Shown here: positions 37,698-49,224 of the stretch, piece after piece
Numbering within the stretch: position 1 is the first letter of the stretch
Layout: each line of letters opens with the position of its first letter
Assembly (NCBI GenBank): GCA_964016885.1
Contig: OZ024742.1
Coordinates: 88,970,001-89,034,000, forward strand
Source of the DNA: Eledone cirrhosa
Lineage: Eukaryota
Length of the DNA stretch: 64,000 nucleotides
Reading direction: 5' to 3'
Notes under the pieces: generated by a model
Databases searched by the model: none
Told to the model about the DNA's origin: nothing
What the model saw: the letters and a program-made list of their open reading frames with translations, nothing else
Program-made: the position numbers and the translations under genes

Positions 37698-39670
37698 TCA
37701 ATACGTACAGAAGGGAAAAAAAGGGCACCCCTGTCGAATGGATCGTGTGATTTCGAACGGCTTCGAAATGTAGCCGTTCACCTTGATCCTAGAACAGATG
37801 TGGTTGCTATGTAAGGCAGTGATCCAGCCTCTGAAAACAGGACCGAACCCAGCCGCCGCTAGCACCGCATCCAGGTAACCATGGTCGACCCTATCGAATG
37901 CCTTAGACTGATCCAAGTTGATCAGGGCCCCACCGAAGCCGGGTTTGTTGCCAACCCTCTCTATTATGTATCGCATGAGGTGGAGGTTATCGTGAATGGA
38001 CCTGGATGGGATAGCACATGTCTGCGCATCTCCCACCAGGCCACCCACGACAAGCGCCAACCTATTTGCTAACACCTTGGCCAAAATCTTTAACTCTGTG
38101 TTTAGCAGAGTTATGGGCCGAAAATTATTTATACTATCCCCCTTGTTCTCGTCTTTCCTCACCAGCGAGACTACGCCCTTGGCTACAGAACAAGGAATTC
38201 TCCCGTTCTGCTGCCAATTGCAGCAGACCGCTTCGAGGAGTTCGGAGTAGAAGACCGGCATTGCTAAATGAAGTTTGTAAGCTATACCATCGAGACCTGG
38301 AGATTTGCGTCTGCTGCATTGGCTCAGCGCATCCCCGATCTCATCAGCCGAGATTGGTCCCTCGCAGGACTCTGCCGCTTTGCTCGAGAGACGCGGCAGG
38401 CCGTCGAGGTATGAACCGAAATCCACGTCCTCGCCCAGACCCTCGCCTCCCCCGAATAATCGGACAAAGTGCCTTTGAAAGGCCTCGCACATCTGCTTAG
38501 GCTCCCGGATTACCCGTCCATCCTCGTCTTGCAAAGACCGGATGGTGGATCGATTTCCACTCTTAGCTTCTGTCACGCGTGTCCAGCCAACGGCTTTGGC
38601 CCCCTCATTAACTAGAGCACGTATTTTACTTAGAATGACGCAGCCTTCGTGCTTTGCATCGAAAAACTGGCTCAAGGCCGTCCTCGATGCCAGCACTCTG
38701 GCCACATCTTCGCTCTTGATTGTCTCTTCTAATTTACCTGTTAATTCTTTCTCGTTTCTATTCCTATCGGCAGCTAACATCTTGCTATAACTTATTGATT
38801 CTGTTCTAATCTCTCTTTTGAGAGATGCCCACCATCGGTTGTTGACGATTGCACCCGTTAACCTCTCCTTAACTAATCTGCTAATCCGGTTTCTGTAAGT
38901 CTCTTTTGCCGGTAAAGACAAATTAAGTTTCCAGTAACCGGGACCCTGTTTATGTGTTTTCTCGAGATTGACTACGCAGGTCACTAATTTGTGATCCGTA
39001 TAGGCAACCGTGAGCATTTCTGGACAGCTTAATATGTCCCTATCCTTACTTCTAACTAAGAATCTATCTAAGTACGATCTAAATTGACCACTGTGGTTCG
39101 TTCAAGTCCAGGTTGGCACAGTTGGAAAATCTAGTCGATATCTATCGACCAAGTTAAAACGGTCGAGTAACCCCTTGAGGCTGTTACACCCCCTCAATTA
39201 GGACATGCTCCTGCATAGTCCCAACGTGCATCTAGGATGTAATTCCAATCCCCCGCTAGAAGCAGGGAACGCGACATTTCCCAGAAAAATCCCCAGACGC
39301 TGGAAGAGTCGGGTCGTTCAGCTCCGAAAGGGGAGTAGACGGCGACCAGTCTCAAGGCCGCACCTTCACTACTGCCAACGTCTAGCACCAACAAACGACC
39401 CTCCGGGTCCGAGTGAACAACCTGTACGGCGAGACCCAGGTGTTTTTCCAGCAGTACGACAACCCCACCCCCACCTCCAGGTTGACAGAGAGATGCATGC
39501 ACCTCAAAGTCATCGAAGGTAGGGGCCAGTTTCCGCACGACGCTGATCCGAGTCTCACAGATAACCATTACATTTATACCACGTGACCTGATGTCATTTA
39601 GAAGCTTTGCTTGCTTCCAAGTTGAGCCCAGGCCACGTGCATTCAAACATCCTACTCTTAACAAATCCAT
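37698..39670 (-). pseudogene. Tx1 ORF2 (AP endonuclease + partial RT), frameshifted
   Basis: GCLNARGL, ICET, LVAVYSP, AGDWN, YLDRFLV, TDHKLV, YWKLN, KSPGLDG, NFRPITLLN, LDQSKAFDRVDH, IRQGCP. Confidence 0.9.
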
Positions 39671-41434
39671 GTGGGCGGCAAAGCCAAAGGAGAGTGTAGA
39701 GACCTACCTTTCTTCTTCCCGGAGTTCGGGTCGCACGACTTCCATGGGGTCGGGGGTGTTGGGTGAAGGGGTGTCTTGTGGTGGTATGGGGTCGTCAGTG
39801 TGTGGTGGGTTTGGGGGTTTGGAGTTGTGTTGTGGAGCGGAAGGGGAGGGGGAAAGCTTTTTAGTAGGACGCGGTTTATAGGTTTGACAGAGGGTGGTCC
39901 TACGTCCTCCTTAAAATCCTTTTTTAGTTTTTTGTAGAGGTTCATTGGGATCTTTATTAATTTTAAATGTGGGTAGTTTTCTGAAGAAACAAAGTTTACA
40001 CCTTCGGTTTGTACCGAAGGGTTATTGTTTATGAGTTCATTTAATTTATTATTGTTTCTGTTGATGTAAGTATAGTGTAATGTCTTTTTTTCGGATGGTG
40101 TGAGTGTTTCGAAGAGGGGAGGGGCAGGTTTGGTTTTGTTTGTTGCTGGAGGGGTGTTTTGTGTTTTGTTGGATTGTGTTGACATTTGGGTAGGGGTTGT
40201 TTGGCCTTGTGTGTTTTGCATATGTTTTCTTTTTTCCTTTTAATCTGTCTGAAGGACTACGTTTCTTCCTACGAATTTGTTGGGTTATCTTCAGTGTTGG
40301 AGGGAAGAGGTATGTTTGCTGGTAATATTTCCGTGTTGGTTTTCTTTGTGGGGGAGATGGATGTCACTATGTTAGACTGTGTTGTCTGTTGTGGCTGCGG
40401 TGGTTGTGTTGTTTTAATGAGTGAGGGGTTGGGTGGGACTGTGTTTTGTTTTTGGGTAATGTGTTGTGACTGTTTGTGTTGTGGTGGTGGTGTAGTTTTA
40501 CTGAGGGACGGGTTGGGTGGGACTGAGTTGTGTTGTTTGTTTATCTGTTGTGGTGGTGGTGGAGCTGGTGTTGGTAGCAGGGTTTTCTTCTTGTTGAGTT
40601 GGGGACAAGCCTCCTTCAGGTGCCCTCTGCCTGCACAGATATGACAGGACGGCCTTCTCCCCTCCACGCTAATGTTTATATACCCGTGGCCCTCTAATAG
40701 GATTCTGTCGGGTATTTGGGCAATGCGTTCAGGCTTCATTTGCACTACAAGTTCTATACCTGTTCCACTGAACGCATTGCCTATGGTTTTCCCAATGGAA
40801 ATCACGTTGTCATTCGCTGGATCGATGAAGCCAGCTATGAGCCAGCAGTAGTCCACATCTGGCATCATCACATCTAGCCATATGCGCTGAGTTCTTTTAC
40901 CCATATAAGATGGATAAAAGGTAAAATTTGTCGAACGAATCGGCGACAAAGCATATTTTTTTGCCGCCGATTCGTTCTTCATAATAATCGCTAGGCTTCC
41001 ATACAGTCTGTCTCTTCTTATGAAAGTGGTTTCATTAAGTACTTCTGTAAGTACTGCTTTGATTTCTGTTTGTGTTGGTTGGTCAGGTTTTTTAGAGATA
41101 TTGTTGATGGTGCGGAAAACGACCGACCGACTTCCAATGTCTTTGGTGAGTTCTTGAGGCATTTTTACCGATAAAGTACCATTTCCCCTTGAGTTATGTA
41201 TTGTTTGGCGTTTTTAATTCTTTGTGCCACATCTGAAATATTTTCAGGTATATATGTCAAAGATTTCTTTGTTGTTTGTGCAAATGAAATATTATTGGTG
41301 TTGACTTTGTCGTCTGCTTTGCTTTCTGTTATGATGTTGTTTTCAAATGTTATTTTTGTGTTTGTTGTGTCTTTGTTTGTGGTATTAATATTGTCATGCA
41401 ATTTTTCAATTTTCTTTTTGTTGTTGGAATCCAT
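39658..41434 (-). pseudogene. Tx1 ORF1 (gag-like, CCHC zinc knuckle), frameshifted
   Basis: EGRRPSCHICAGRGHLKEAC followed by a Pro/Thr/Gln-rich linker; lies upstream of ORF2. Confidence 0.8.
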
Positions 41435-42483
41435 GTCCAGATTTGTGTTTTCGTCATTTTTCTCCGCACATTCGTCTGTTTTTATTTTATTTTTTCTTTC
41501 CTTCTCTATGACGTTAGTTGGGAAGGAAGGGGGGACTAAAGCGTGCGAGCTTATAACTCTTACCGCTGTCCCCCACCACTATTTTCGTTAGCTTCGTTTA
41601 ACATTTCTGTCAGACGATTGAAATTTTATGCCACAACATTTTTAAAAACAGGTTTTTTACCCCTGGGAGGGGCAAAGATGAGCTGACCCACCGCCTGACA
41701 GTTCAGACGGGGGGTAAAGCTACACAATAGTATCAAAATTAAAATGGAACTTACAAAATTTCCGCAATAAATTTGAACAAAACTTCTGCGCGATGTGAAT
41801 TACATCTACGCTGTAGAACAGACGACAGCTAGATTTTTTCTATACATCATGATAGCACGATATAACGTGACAACCTCTGCTTCATTTGTTAGACAGTAGC
41901 AAGATATAACAGAGGTGTGTGGGTTTCAGCTAAAGATTGCTATAATAATTCGAGGGAGGATCTTTTCAATACTGCTGAAAGAGTTCAGAGCGTTGTAATT
42001 AAATGTCATTTCTGCACCTATCTGTGTAGAGTGGTTAAAGCGTTTCCATGTTGTTGCAGAGATAATGATCCATCAATTTTAGTATGAGATCGCCATAATG
42101 AAAACGGTGTTCTTGTATACAAATTATAGCGATATCTACTTGAAAACAGATGCAGTAAGTTTTGGTAACTGATTTATAGGGTTTGATGTTTGGACATCGA
42201 AGGAGAAAATGCTAAAATACTTTTTTACATTTGAAAAGTTCTGGTTTTGAATTTGACTTCGTTGCTGACTTTTGGAACACTGTCGACAAAGTCAAAACCT
42301 TAGCAGGACATACCCCTTGTTGAACCGCGTGATAGGCGATGCAGTTCAAGCGCTTGATATGAGAAAGGGTCATGATTATCTATCGTTAGCTGAATAGTCC
42401 ATCTACGAACGCTACACCTATCTTGAAAGTAGTTGCCTTAATGAACTGGATGGTCCTGGCCGTTGAATGTGTAAGTGAGCGAC

Positions 42484-42545
42484 GAAGAAGAAGAAGAAGA
42501 AGAAGAAGAAGAAGAAGAAGAAGAAGAAGAAGAAGAAGAAGAAGA
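42484..42545 (+). repeat. (GAA)n microsatellite
   Basis: Direct observation. Confidence 0.95.
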
Positions 42546-42569
42546 TGATGATGTTGGGACTGATATGAA

Positions 42570-42786
42570 AGCGGTGGATTGGCAGTATCGATAGGGCGCC
42601 GGACAACACGCTTTATGACATAGGGTTACGCCCCGTTACGATCTGAGTTCAAATCTTACCGAGGTTAGCTTTGCTTTTCATCCTTATGGAGTCGATAAAA
42701 TAAACTACCAGTAAGCACTGGGGTCGATTTAACCTACTTTCTCTTCCACCAAATGTGTTGACCATGTGCCCAAATCAGAAACTAAT
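42570..42786 (+). mobile_element. tRNA-derived SINE, longer-tail variant, TSD ATGTTGGGA(C/T)TGAT
   Basis: Family match with an extra GGGGTCGATTTAACCTACTT..CCACCAAAT segment; flanking duplication. Confidence 0.85.
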
Positions 42787-43378
42787 ATGTTGGGATTGAT
42801 TAAGTAACAGTCCGGATCGGTTGTCCGGTTGTCATGTTCAAGTGGCAGGTGCCTTCTTGTATATGGCTTGCTGGATTTTTGCATTTTTAATTCAAATTCT
42901 CAAGATTACATGAGTCTCATCATTAGTAAGGTTTTTGTTAATGTAAAGCATGAGTTGTCTAGGAAACACCAAAAGAACTGTCAACAACGTTTACGGTCTG
43001 TGTTCAAAAGAGCCCTGTGCGTCAGAATAGTTGCACATGGATATTCATTTTATTTTTCCCATAATACAACGTATAACTTGATTTATAACTTGGTATATGT
43101 GTAATCTGATGAATATTTGGCTATTATTTCTGCCTAGTGGAGCAACCGCATAGCAAATAATTTGGTCACATGAGATTTCAGTCATAAATTTATTTCAATT
43201 TCCTTCTACCTGGAGTTGCCTCCCCTGAATTAGTAGGTCTGGGCTTTATTTAAGTTTTATTTTAACTAATTTGTGTATCTCGATTCCTTAAGGTTTTCAT
43301 GCTCAACACACGATGTTAGCGATTTCTTTACTAATTATTTCTCCATGTGCAGGGATTCCTTTGATCATTATGTCATAA

Positions 43379-43566
43379 GGGCGGTGGATTGGCAGTATCG
43401 GTGGAGGGTCTGATGCCATGCTTTGCAGCAAAGAGTTACGGCCGTTGCCATTCTCAGTTCAAATCCAGCCGAGGTTAACTTTGCCTTTCATCCTTACGGG
43501 GTCGATAAAATAAAGTACCAGTAATGCACTGGAATAATTTCTGGCCTTGTGCCATAAGCAGAAACA
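43379..43566 (+). mobile_element. Full-length tRNA-derived SINE with 12-bp TSD ATTATGTCATAA
   Basis: TSD at 43367-43378 and 43567-43578. Confidence 0.93.
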
Positions 43567-44130
43567 ATTATGTCATAATGCGACATATTTTCTTCTTTTG
43601 TTTTTTACGTTACAATGCTGTCTAGTAGTATTTTCTAATTAGGGTCCTAACAATCGCCATCAAGACTGTTTTGCTGGTAAGATCTGATGAGTCGGAAACA
43701 CTAACGACATTATCACCGTGATTGCCAAGGGTCAACAATAATTTTCCTCTCAGCGTTTCCATTTTATACCTAGTTTACCTGAGGTTTCAGAGCAGTGAAT
43801 ATATTTTTTAATGTTTTATATCATGAGTTTTTTCCCCTATTTCCTTATAATGGATGAAAGCATTATTATAATACAATGGTTCTCAAAGTGAACGCCGGAA
43901 AAAAGCGGTAAATGGGGTCTGTTAGCAGATACACAGTGGTGAGGAAAGGAAGAAACAAAGTATAAAAATTACCAATCACCTTGAAATAAATACTTAATAT
44001 ATATTTTTTTTAAATTGGAAGAGTATAGGCATTTTCATTATGTCGAGAGATGACTACTGTAGGACTAGAACAGTTTCATTCGTATGAAAATGTTTAGTCC
44101 TGTAGAAGTAATTTCTCCATATAACATAAT

Positions 44131-44203
<73 letters not shown>

Positions 44204-44208
<5 letters not shown>

Positions 44209-44581
44209 TTGTTAATGCATATGAATGGATGTTTTGTTTTAATTGGTCGAGCTCTGTGCATCTGAGTTCAAATCCAAGCTCCTTTTATCTCAAAATATGT
44301 GACGATTCTGCCAAGTGTCATATATGAACAAATGAAAAACAAATGTAGTAATATTAATACCACTTTACACGTAAGCGGTGTCAGCTGTATGTCTTATTGT
44401 ACTGTTTATTTCGTTCTACTCCTTTAAAATAATCCAGGGCACTGTTTAACTATAGTGTTAAACCTTGTATCCCTTAAGAGACAGCTGGTGACCACGAAAT
44501 TTTCACCTACGTATAATCAATGTCCCTTATTCGTCAAACCGTATGCAGTTTTAAAGTACTCCCTGTATACACACACACACT

Positions 44582-44637
<56 letters not shown>

Positions 44638-44838
44638 AGTAAGTAAGACCCCGAGGGCTGAGCTCAAGCCATTTCGAAGGCTAATTCGAAACGGCTTGAG
44701 CTCAGCCGTCGGGGTCTTACTTACTCCTATTACCCACTCTACTACCCTAAGTATTGAGTACTTTGGTGCGTTATGGTCCACCTGGTTCCTTACCACTTTT
44801 CCCTCGCTATATATATATCTATATATATCTATATATAC

Positions 44839-44886
<48 letters not shown>

Positions 44887-44925
44887 GTATATATATATAT
44901 ATATATAAATATGTGTGTGTGTGTT

Positions 44926-44995
<70 letters not shown>

Positions 44996-45398
44996 CGCGT
45001 GTGTGTGTGTGTGAGTGTGTGAGTGTGTGTGTGTATACAGGGAGTACTTTAAAACTGCATACGGTTTGACGAATAAGGGACATTGATTATACGTAGGTGA
45101 AAATGTCGTGGTCACCAGCTGTCTCTTAAGGGATACAAGGTTTAACACTATAGTTAAACAGTGCCCTGGATTATTTTAAAGGAGTAGAACGAAATAAACA
45201 GTACAATAAGACATACAGCTGACACCGCTTACGTGTAAAGTGGTATTAATATTACTACATTTGTTTTTCATTTGTTCATATATGACACTTGGCAGAATCG
45301 TCACATATTTTGAGATAAAAGGAGCTTGGATTTGAACTCAGATGCACAGAGCTCGACCAATTACAACAAAACATCCATTCATATGCATTAATAATTCA
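44204..45398. repeat. Large inverted duplication (~390-bp arms) surrounding a hairpin element and microsatellites
   Basis: 44204-~44590 is the reverse complement of ~45015-45398, with about 3 substitutions seen by eye. Confidence 0.93.
44634..44808 (+). mobile_element. Small hairpin-headed element in (TA)n (putative Penelope pLTR derivative)
   Basis: Hairpin 44634-44729, then TTACCCACTCTACTACCCTAAGTAT..GGTGCGTTATGGTCCACCTGG; second copy at 61575. Confidence 0.75.
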
Positions 45399-45659
45399 AC
45401 CAAGACATCACCCCTGGGCTGGAATTTTGATTTATGAAACCAAAGTTGACCTTGGCGGGGTTTTTTTATGTCAGGGCGCAGAGTGACAGAATGAATGCCA
45501 TGTCATTTAACCCAACAGTACACCGGCATTGAAATAAAAGAGGTAATTAAACAGAGTTGTATTGTGTGTGTCTTTGGTATGAATGGGAATAAATCGATGT
45601 TGTCAAGGTGGTAGAAGCTGAATCCTAAATGCCTAATTACTAATATTATTTTATGTTCA

Positions 45660-45842
45660 GCGGTAGATTAGCAGTATCGGTAGAGGGTCGGACGCCATGC
45701 TTTCCAGCATAGTTACGTCCCTTTACGGTCTGAGTTCAAATCCCGTCGAGGTTAACTTTGCCTTTCATCCTTACAGGGTCGATAAAATAAAGTACCAGTA
45801 ATGCACTGGGTAATTGCTGGCCTTGTGCCAAAAGTAGAAACA
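45660..45842 (+). mobile_element. tRNA-derived SINE with TSD ATTATTTTATGT(T/C)CA
   Basis: Family match; duplication at 45645 and 45843. Confidence 0.92.
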
Positions 45843-46953
45843 ATTATTTTATGTCCAGTCTCATTGCACTGGCTATACGATAAACAGCAAGTAATTGTAG
45901 AATCGAAAGTCCTACAGCCTTAGAACCTACTAGAAATAGCAGCCAAACTTTTTCTCAAAACATACATCTTGATAGCTGGAAAAATGCTAAAAGTACAAGT
46001 CAAACGACGCCTCTTAATGTCTGTGACAATGCTAGTTATAGAATTGAAATATCCCTCAAAAATATATTCAGTTTCAGATAATGCTAGAAATAGTAAACAT
46101 ATCCACCTCTAATCACATATTCTAGTTTAGTTATACTTTCCTTCAAAATTATGCATATAATTTGTTATCAAGAAACGTAGCTCCCACATTAGAATATGCA
46201 ATGTAGCAAAATAAAAAAAAAAAAGAAAATGTATTATAAGTTTTGAGCCAACAAAATTGCCGTGTCACGGATTGAGACGGTACAGATCAATTTAATTATG
46301 TAAGGGAAATAACTCTTTAAAATAAAAAAAGTACAAATTAATTCCCATAGATTTTTATGCAAATCTATTAAAGTAAATTCTTGATCTTCATGAGGAAGTT
46401 GGACATGATAAATCTACATGCTAAAAATAGAAGCTACATAATAAAATATATATTTATAAGAATACGTTAGTAATAAAGCAAAAACACCTTCATATCTTTT
46501 AAAATATGAGAATTAAAAGCCAAATTGTGAATACTAATAAGTATATATATATATATATATATAGTGAGAGAGGGAGAGAGAGTTTTGGTTTAAGTTGTTG
46601 TCGTCGTCCCTGCTTTTGTTGCTGTTGGTACTGTTACTATAGATATTGTTACTGTTGTTCTTGTTGCTGTTGCTGCTGCTTCTGACAGCCCGCTATTCAA
46701 CACAGCAAAACATTTTTTGTCGCCAGACATCATATTTTGATTGAGGGCCATTCTGGAAAACAAAACCAAGTTTAACTCCTATGGGCTACAGGTAGAGAAA
46801 AACTAACCAGCTCACAAAGATACTAGTTATTCTATCCATAAAACAATACTAAATGTTAAACAAAATATGTTGAATAACAGTGGAATAACAACAAACTTAT
46901 GAGGACGATCCGCAGCAAATGTCGATAAACGAACAAAAAAAGAATACTAATAA

Positions 46954-47145
46954 TAATTATTTCTACTTTTTGGCACAAGGCCAGCAATTACCCAAGTGCA
47001 TTACTGGTACTTCATTTTATCGGCCCCGTAAGGATGAAAGGCAAAGTTAACCTCGGCGGGATTTGAACTGAGAATGGCATGGGCCGTAACTCTTTGCTGC
47101 AAAGCATGGCGTCAGACCCTCTACCGATACTGCCATCCACCGCCC
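46954..47145 (-). mobile_element. Full-length tRNA-derived SINE with TSD TACTAATAA
   Basis: Family match; duplication at 46945 and 47146. Confidence 0.9.
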
Positions 47146-47154
47146 TACTAATAA

Positions 47155-48117
47155 CACGGTGCATACACAGACGGGGCCCGTTCCCTCGAACCAAAGTCGC
47201 CACTTTCACCACCGTTCAACTAACTTACTAGAAGATAGCACTTGCCTCTCTATCCTGGTTTTCCTCTTCAAGTGAAATTGAAAAAAAGTTAATAAGGGAT
47301 TCGCCGAAGAGGAAAGTGTCTGTCTTCAATCCTTTCAACCTTGCCCACCATACAATCTCTTTCACCATGGCCACCTGGCAGATGAAAATTGGCTGCCCTT
47401 CTTCCTCCTTAAAGGAGGATGGCGGGGCTATCTGCACAATGGACTCAGTCGATAACTGGATCCGCCCTACACGTGACAGCAACTGTTAGACATAGCTCAA
47501 ACAAGACAGCAATGCTCGGACACTGAACGAGTGCATGCACGACGGTTTCGTCGCCCTGCGCGCATCTCGGACAGGTTCGGCTGGCGCACTTCCATGCCTG
47601 TAGAGTTTATTTCGAACCAGCAACGCTCCCCGGTAGCACTGCCAGGCCACGGATTCTGGAAATTCTCCATAGGCCCCGGGCTGAAAGTTCTCTTGAAGAG
47701 TACGAACAGCTGATCGTCTTCGACGCCCAGAGTCTCCTTGACAGCGTCGTCGCTCTTCCTCTCAACTAGTCCACTATAAAACGCCTAGGTGGATATTCCA
47801 CCGATACTAGTGCCCAGCTGGTAGTAGGCTGTGTGCGCTTTGAGACATTCCAGCTTCCAAGCGTTATCCGTCGGTCTCTTCTTGATCCAGGACTGCAGCT
47901 CCGATAATGAGACGAGATGGGGGAAAACACGTCTGGCAAACGGTGACCACACCTGTTCACCGTCAAGGAAACACCAGAGATATTGCAGCCTCGTCGCGTG
48001 TTTGCGCATCAGCGACGGCATGCCCAGTCCTCTACGCAACGGGCGCTGACAACAAATGGATCGTCTAACCCTGGGAGTACATTCCTCACATATAAAGCGG
48101 AAGAGGAGGCGCTCCAT
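47155..48117 (-). mobile_element. Tx1 ORF2 C-terminal fragment (same subfamily as 8101-10640)
   Basis: MERLLFRF..RRGLGMP..FLDGEQVWSPFARRVFP..KEIVWWARLKGLKTDTFLFGESL. Confidence 0.88.
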
Positions 48118-48402
48118 TAATAATAATTGTTTCTATTTTTGGCACAAGGCCAGCAATTAACTAGTACATTACTGGTACTTTATTTTATCGACCCCGTAAG
48201 GATGAAAGGCAAATTTAACCTCGGCGGGATTTGAACTGATATGCTTCAAAGCAAGGTGTCCGACTCTCTACCGATACTGCCAATCCACGCGCTCCATTAA
48301 TAATAATTGTTTCTACTTTTTTGGCACAAGGCCAGCAATTATCCAGTGTATTACAATAATTGTTTCTACTTTTGGCACAAGGCCAGCAATTACCCAGTAC
48401 AT
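48118..48402 (-). mobile_element. Stack of one SINE plus two SINE 3'-tail stubs
   Basis: SINE 48118-48288 is flanked by GCGCTCCATT; stubs at ~48300-48352 and ~48355-48402. Confidence 0.85.
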
Positions 48403-49224
48403 TGATTTCATTTATTGGTTACAAGGCCAAATATAGAGGACAATACAAAGACAGGGAACAGTGGAGGGTTACATATATTTAAGTAAAAATTATAAACAAA
48501 AACAATTAACAAAAAATATCAACAACGGAATTCCCCAATAGAGGAGCATACCACCCAGGTATGGAACTCCACATATCCCAACACACCCTCTTTCCCTCCA
48601 TTCTTCCAGCCTACAGGCACATGATCAGGTGGGCCCATTCACACGAGCCATCCTTCCAACAATCTTCCACCTTTTAAAAAAAAGTTCAGCGGGGTGCAGC
48701 ATTTCTCGCTCCACCCTTATTTTCCTTTCCAAGTGGAACGTGAAAAATTGACGAGGGCTTGGCCGAAGAGGAAAGTGTCTGTCATCAGACCTTTCAGTCG
48801 CGTCCACCACATAACCCCTTTCGCTACAGCTATCAGACAGAAGAAAATGGCCTGTTCTTACTGGCCAAAAGAAGGCGGCGGGCGATCGTCACTATGGACT
48901 CAGTTGATAGCCAGATTAGTCCCACACGCGATAACAGCTGTTCGACATAACTCCATAAGTCACCAATACACGGGCACTGGACGAGTGCCTGCAAAACGGT
49001 TTCGGCGCTCTGCGCTCATCTCGGACAGCTCAACTTGACAGCACTGCCGTGCCTATGGAGTTTATCTCAGACCGGCAGGTCTCCCCGTTACCACTGCCAA
49101 GCGAGAGATTTCTGGAAATTGTCCATAGTTTACGGCGTGAAATCCTCCGGAAAAGACTGGCTAGTTCGTTCTCGTCGACGCCTAGAATATCTCCGAGAGC
49201 GTCGTCGCAACTCCCCACCACTAA

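Larger units (their letters stand above)
37678..41830 (-). mobile_element. Tx1-clade LINE with 5' UTR, ORF1 and ORF2 ending within the RT at an A-tract
   Basis: ORF1 zinc knuckle, AP endonuclease and RT motifs (see next two features); about 19 A residues follow RQGCPFFPFCTY. Confidence 0.9.

Noticed and set aside
43680-43712. CTGATGAGTCGGAAAC hammerhead-like core
   Set aside because: Stems I, II and III cannot be formed
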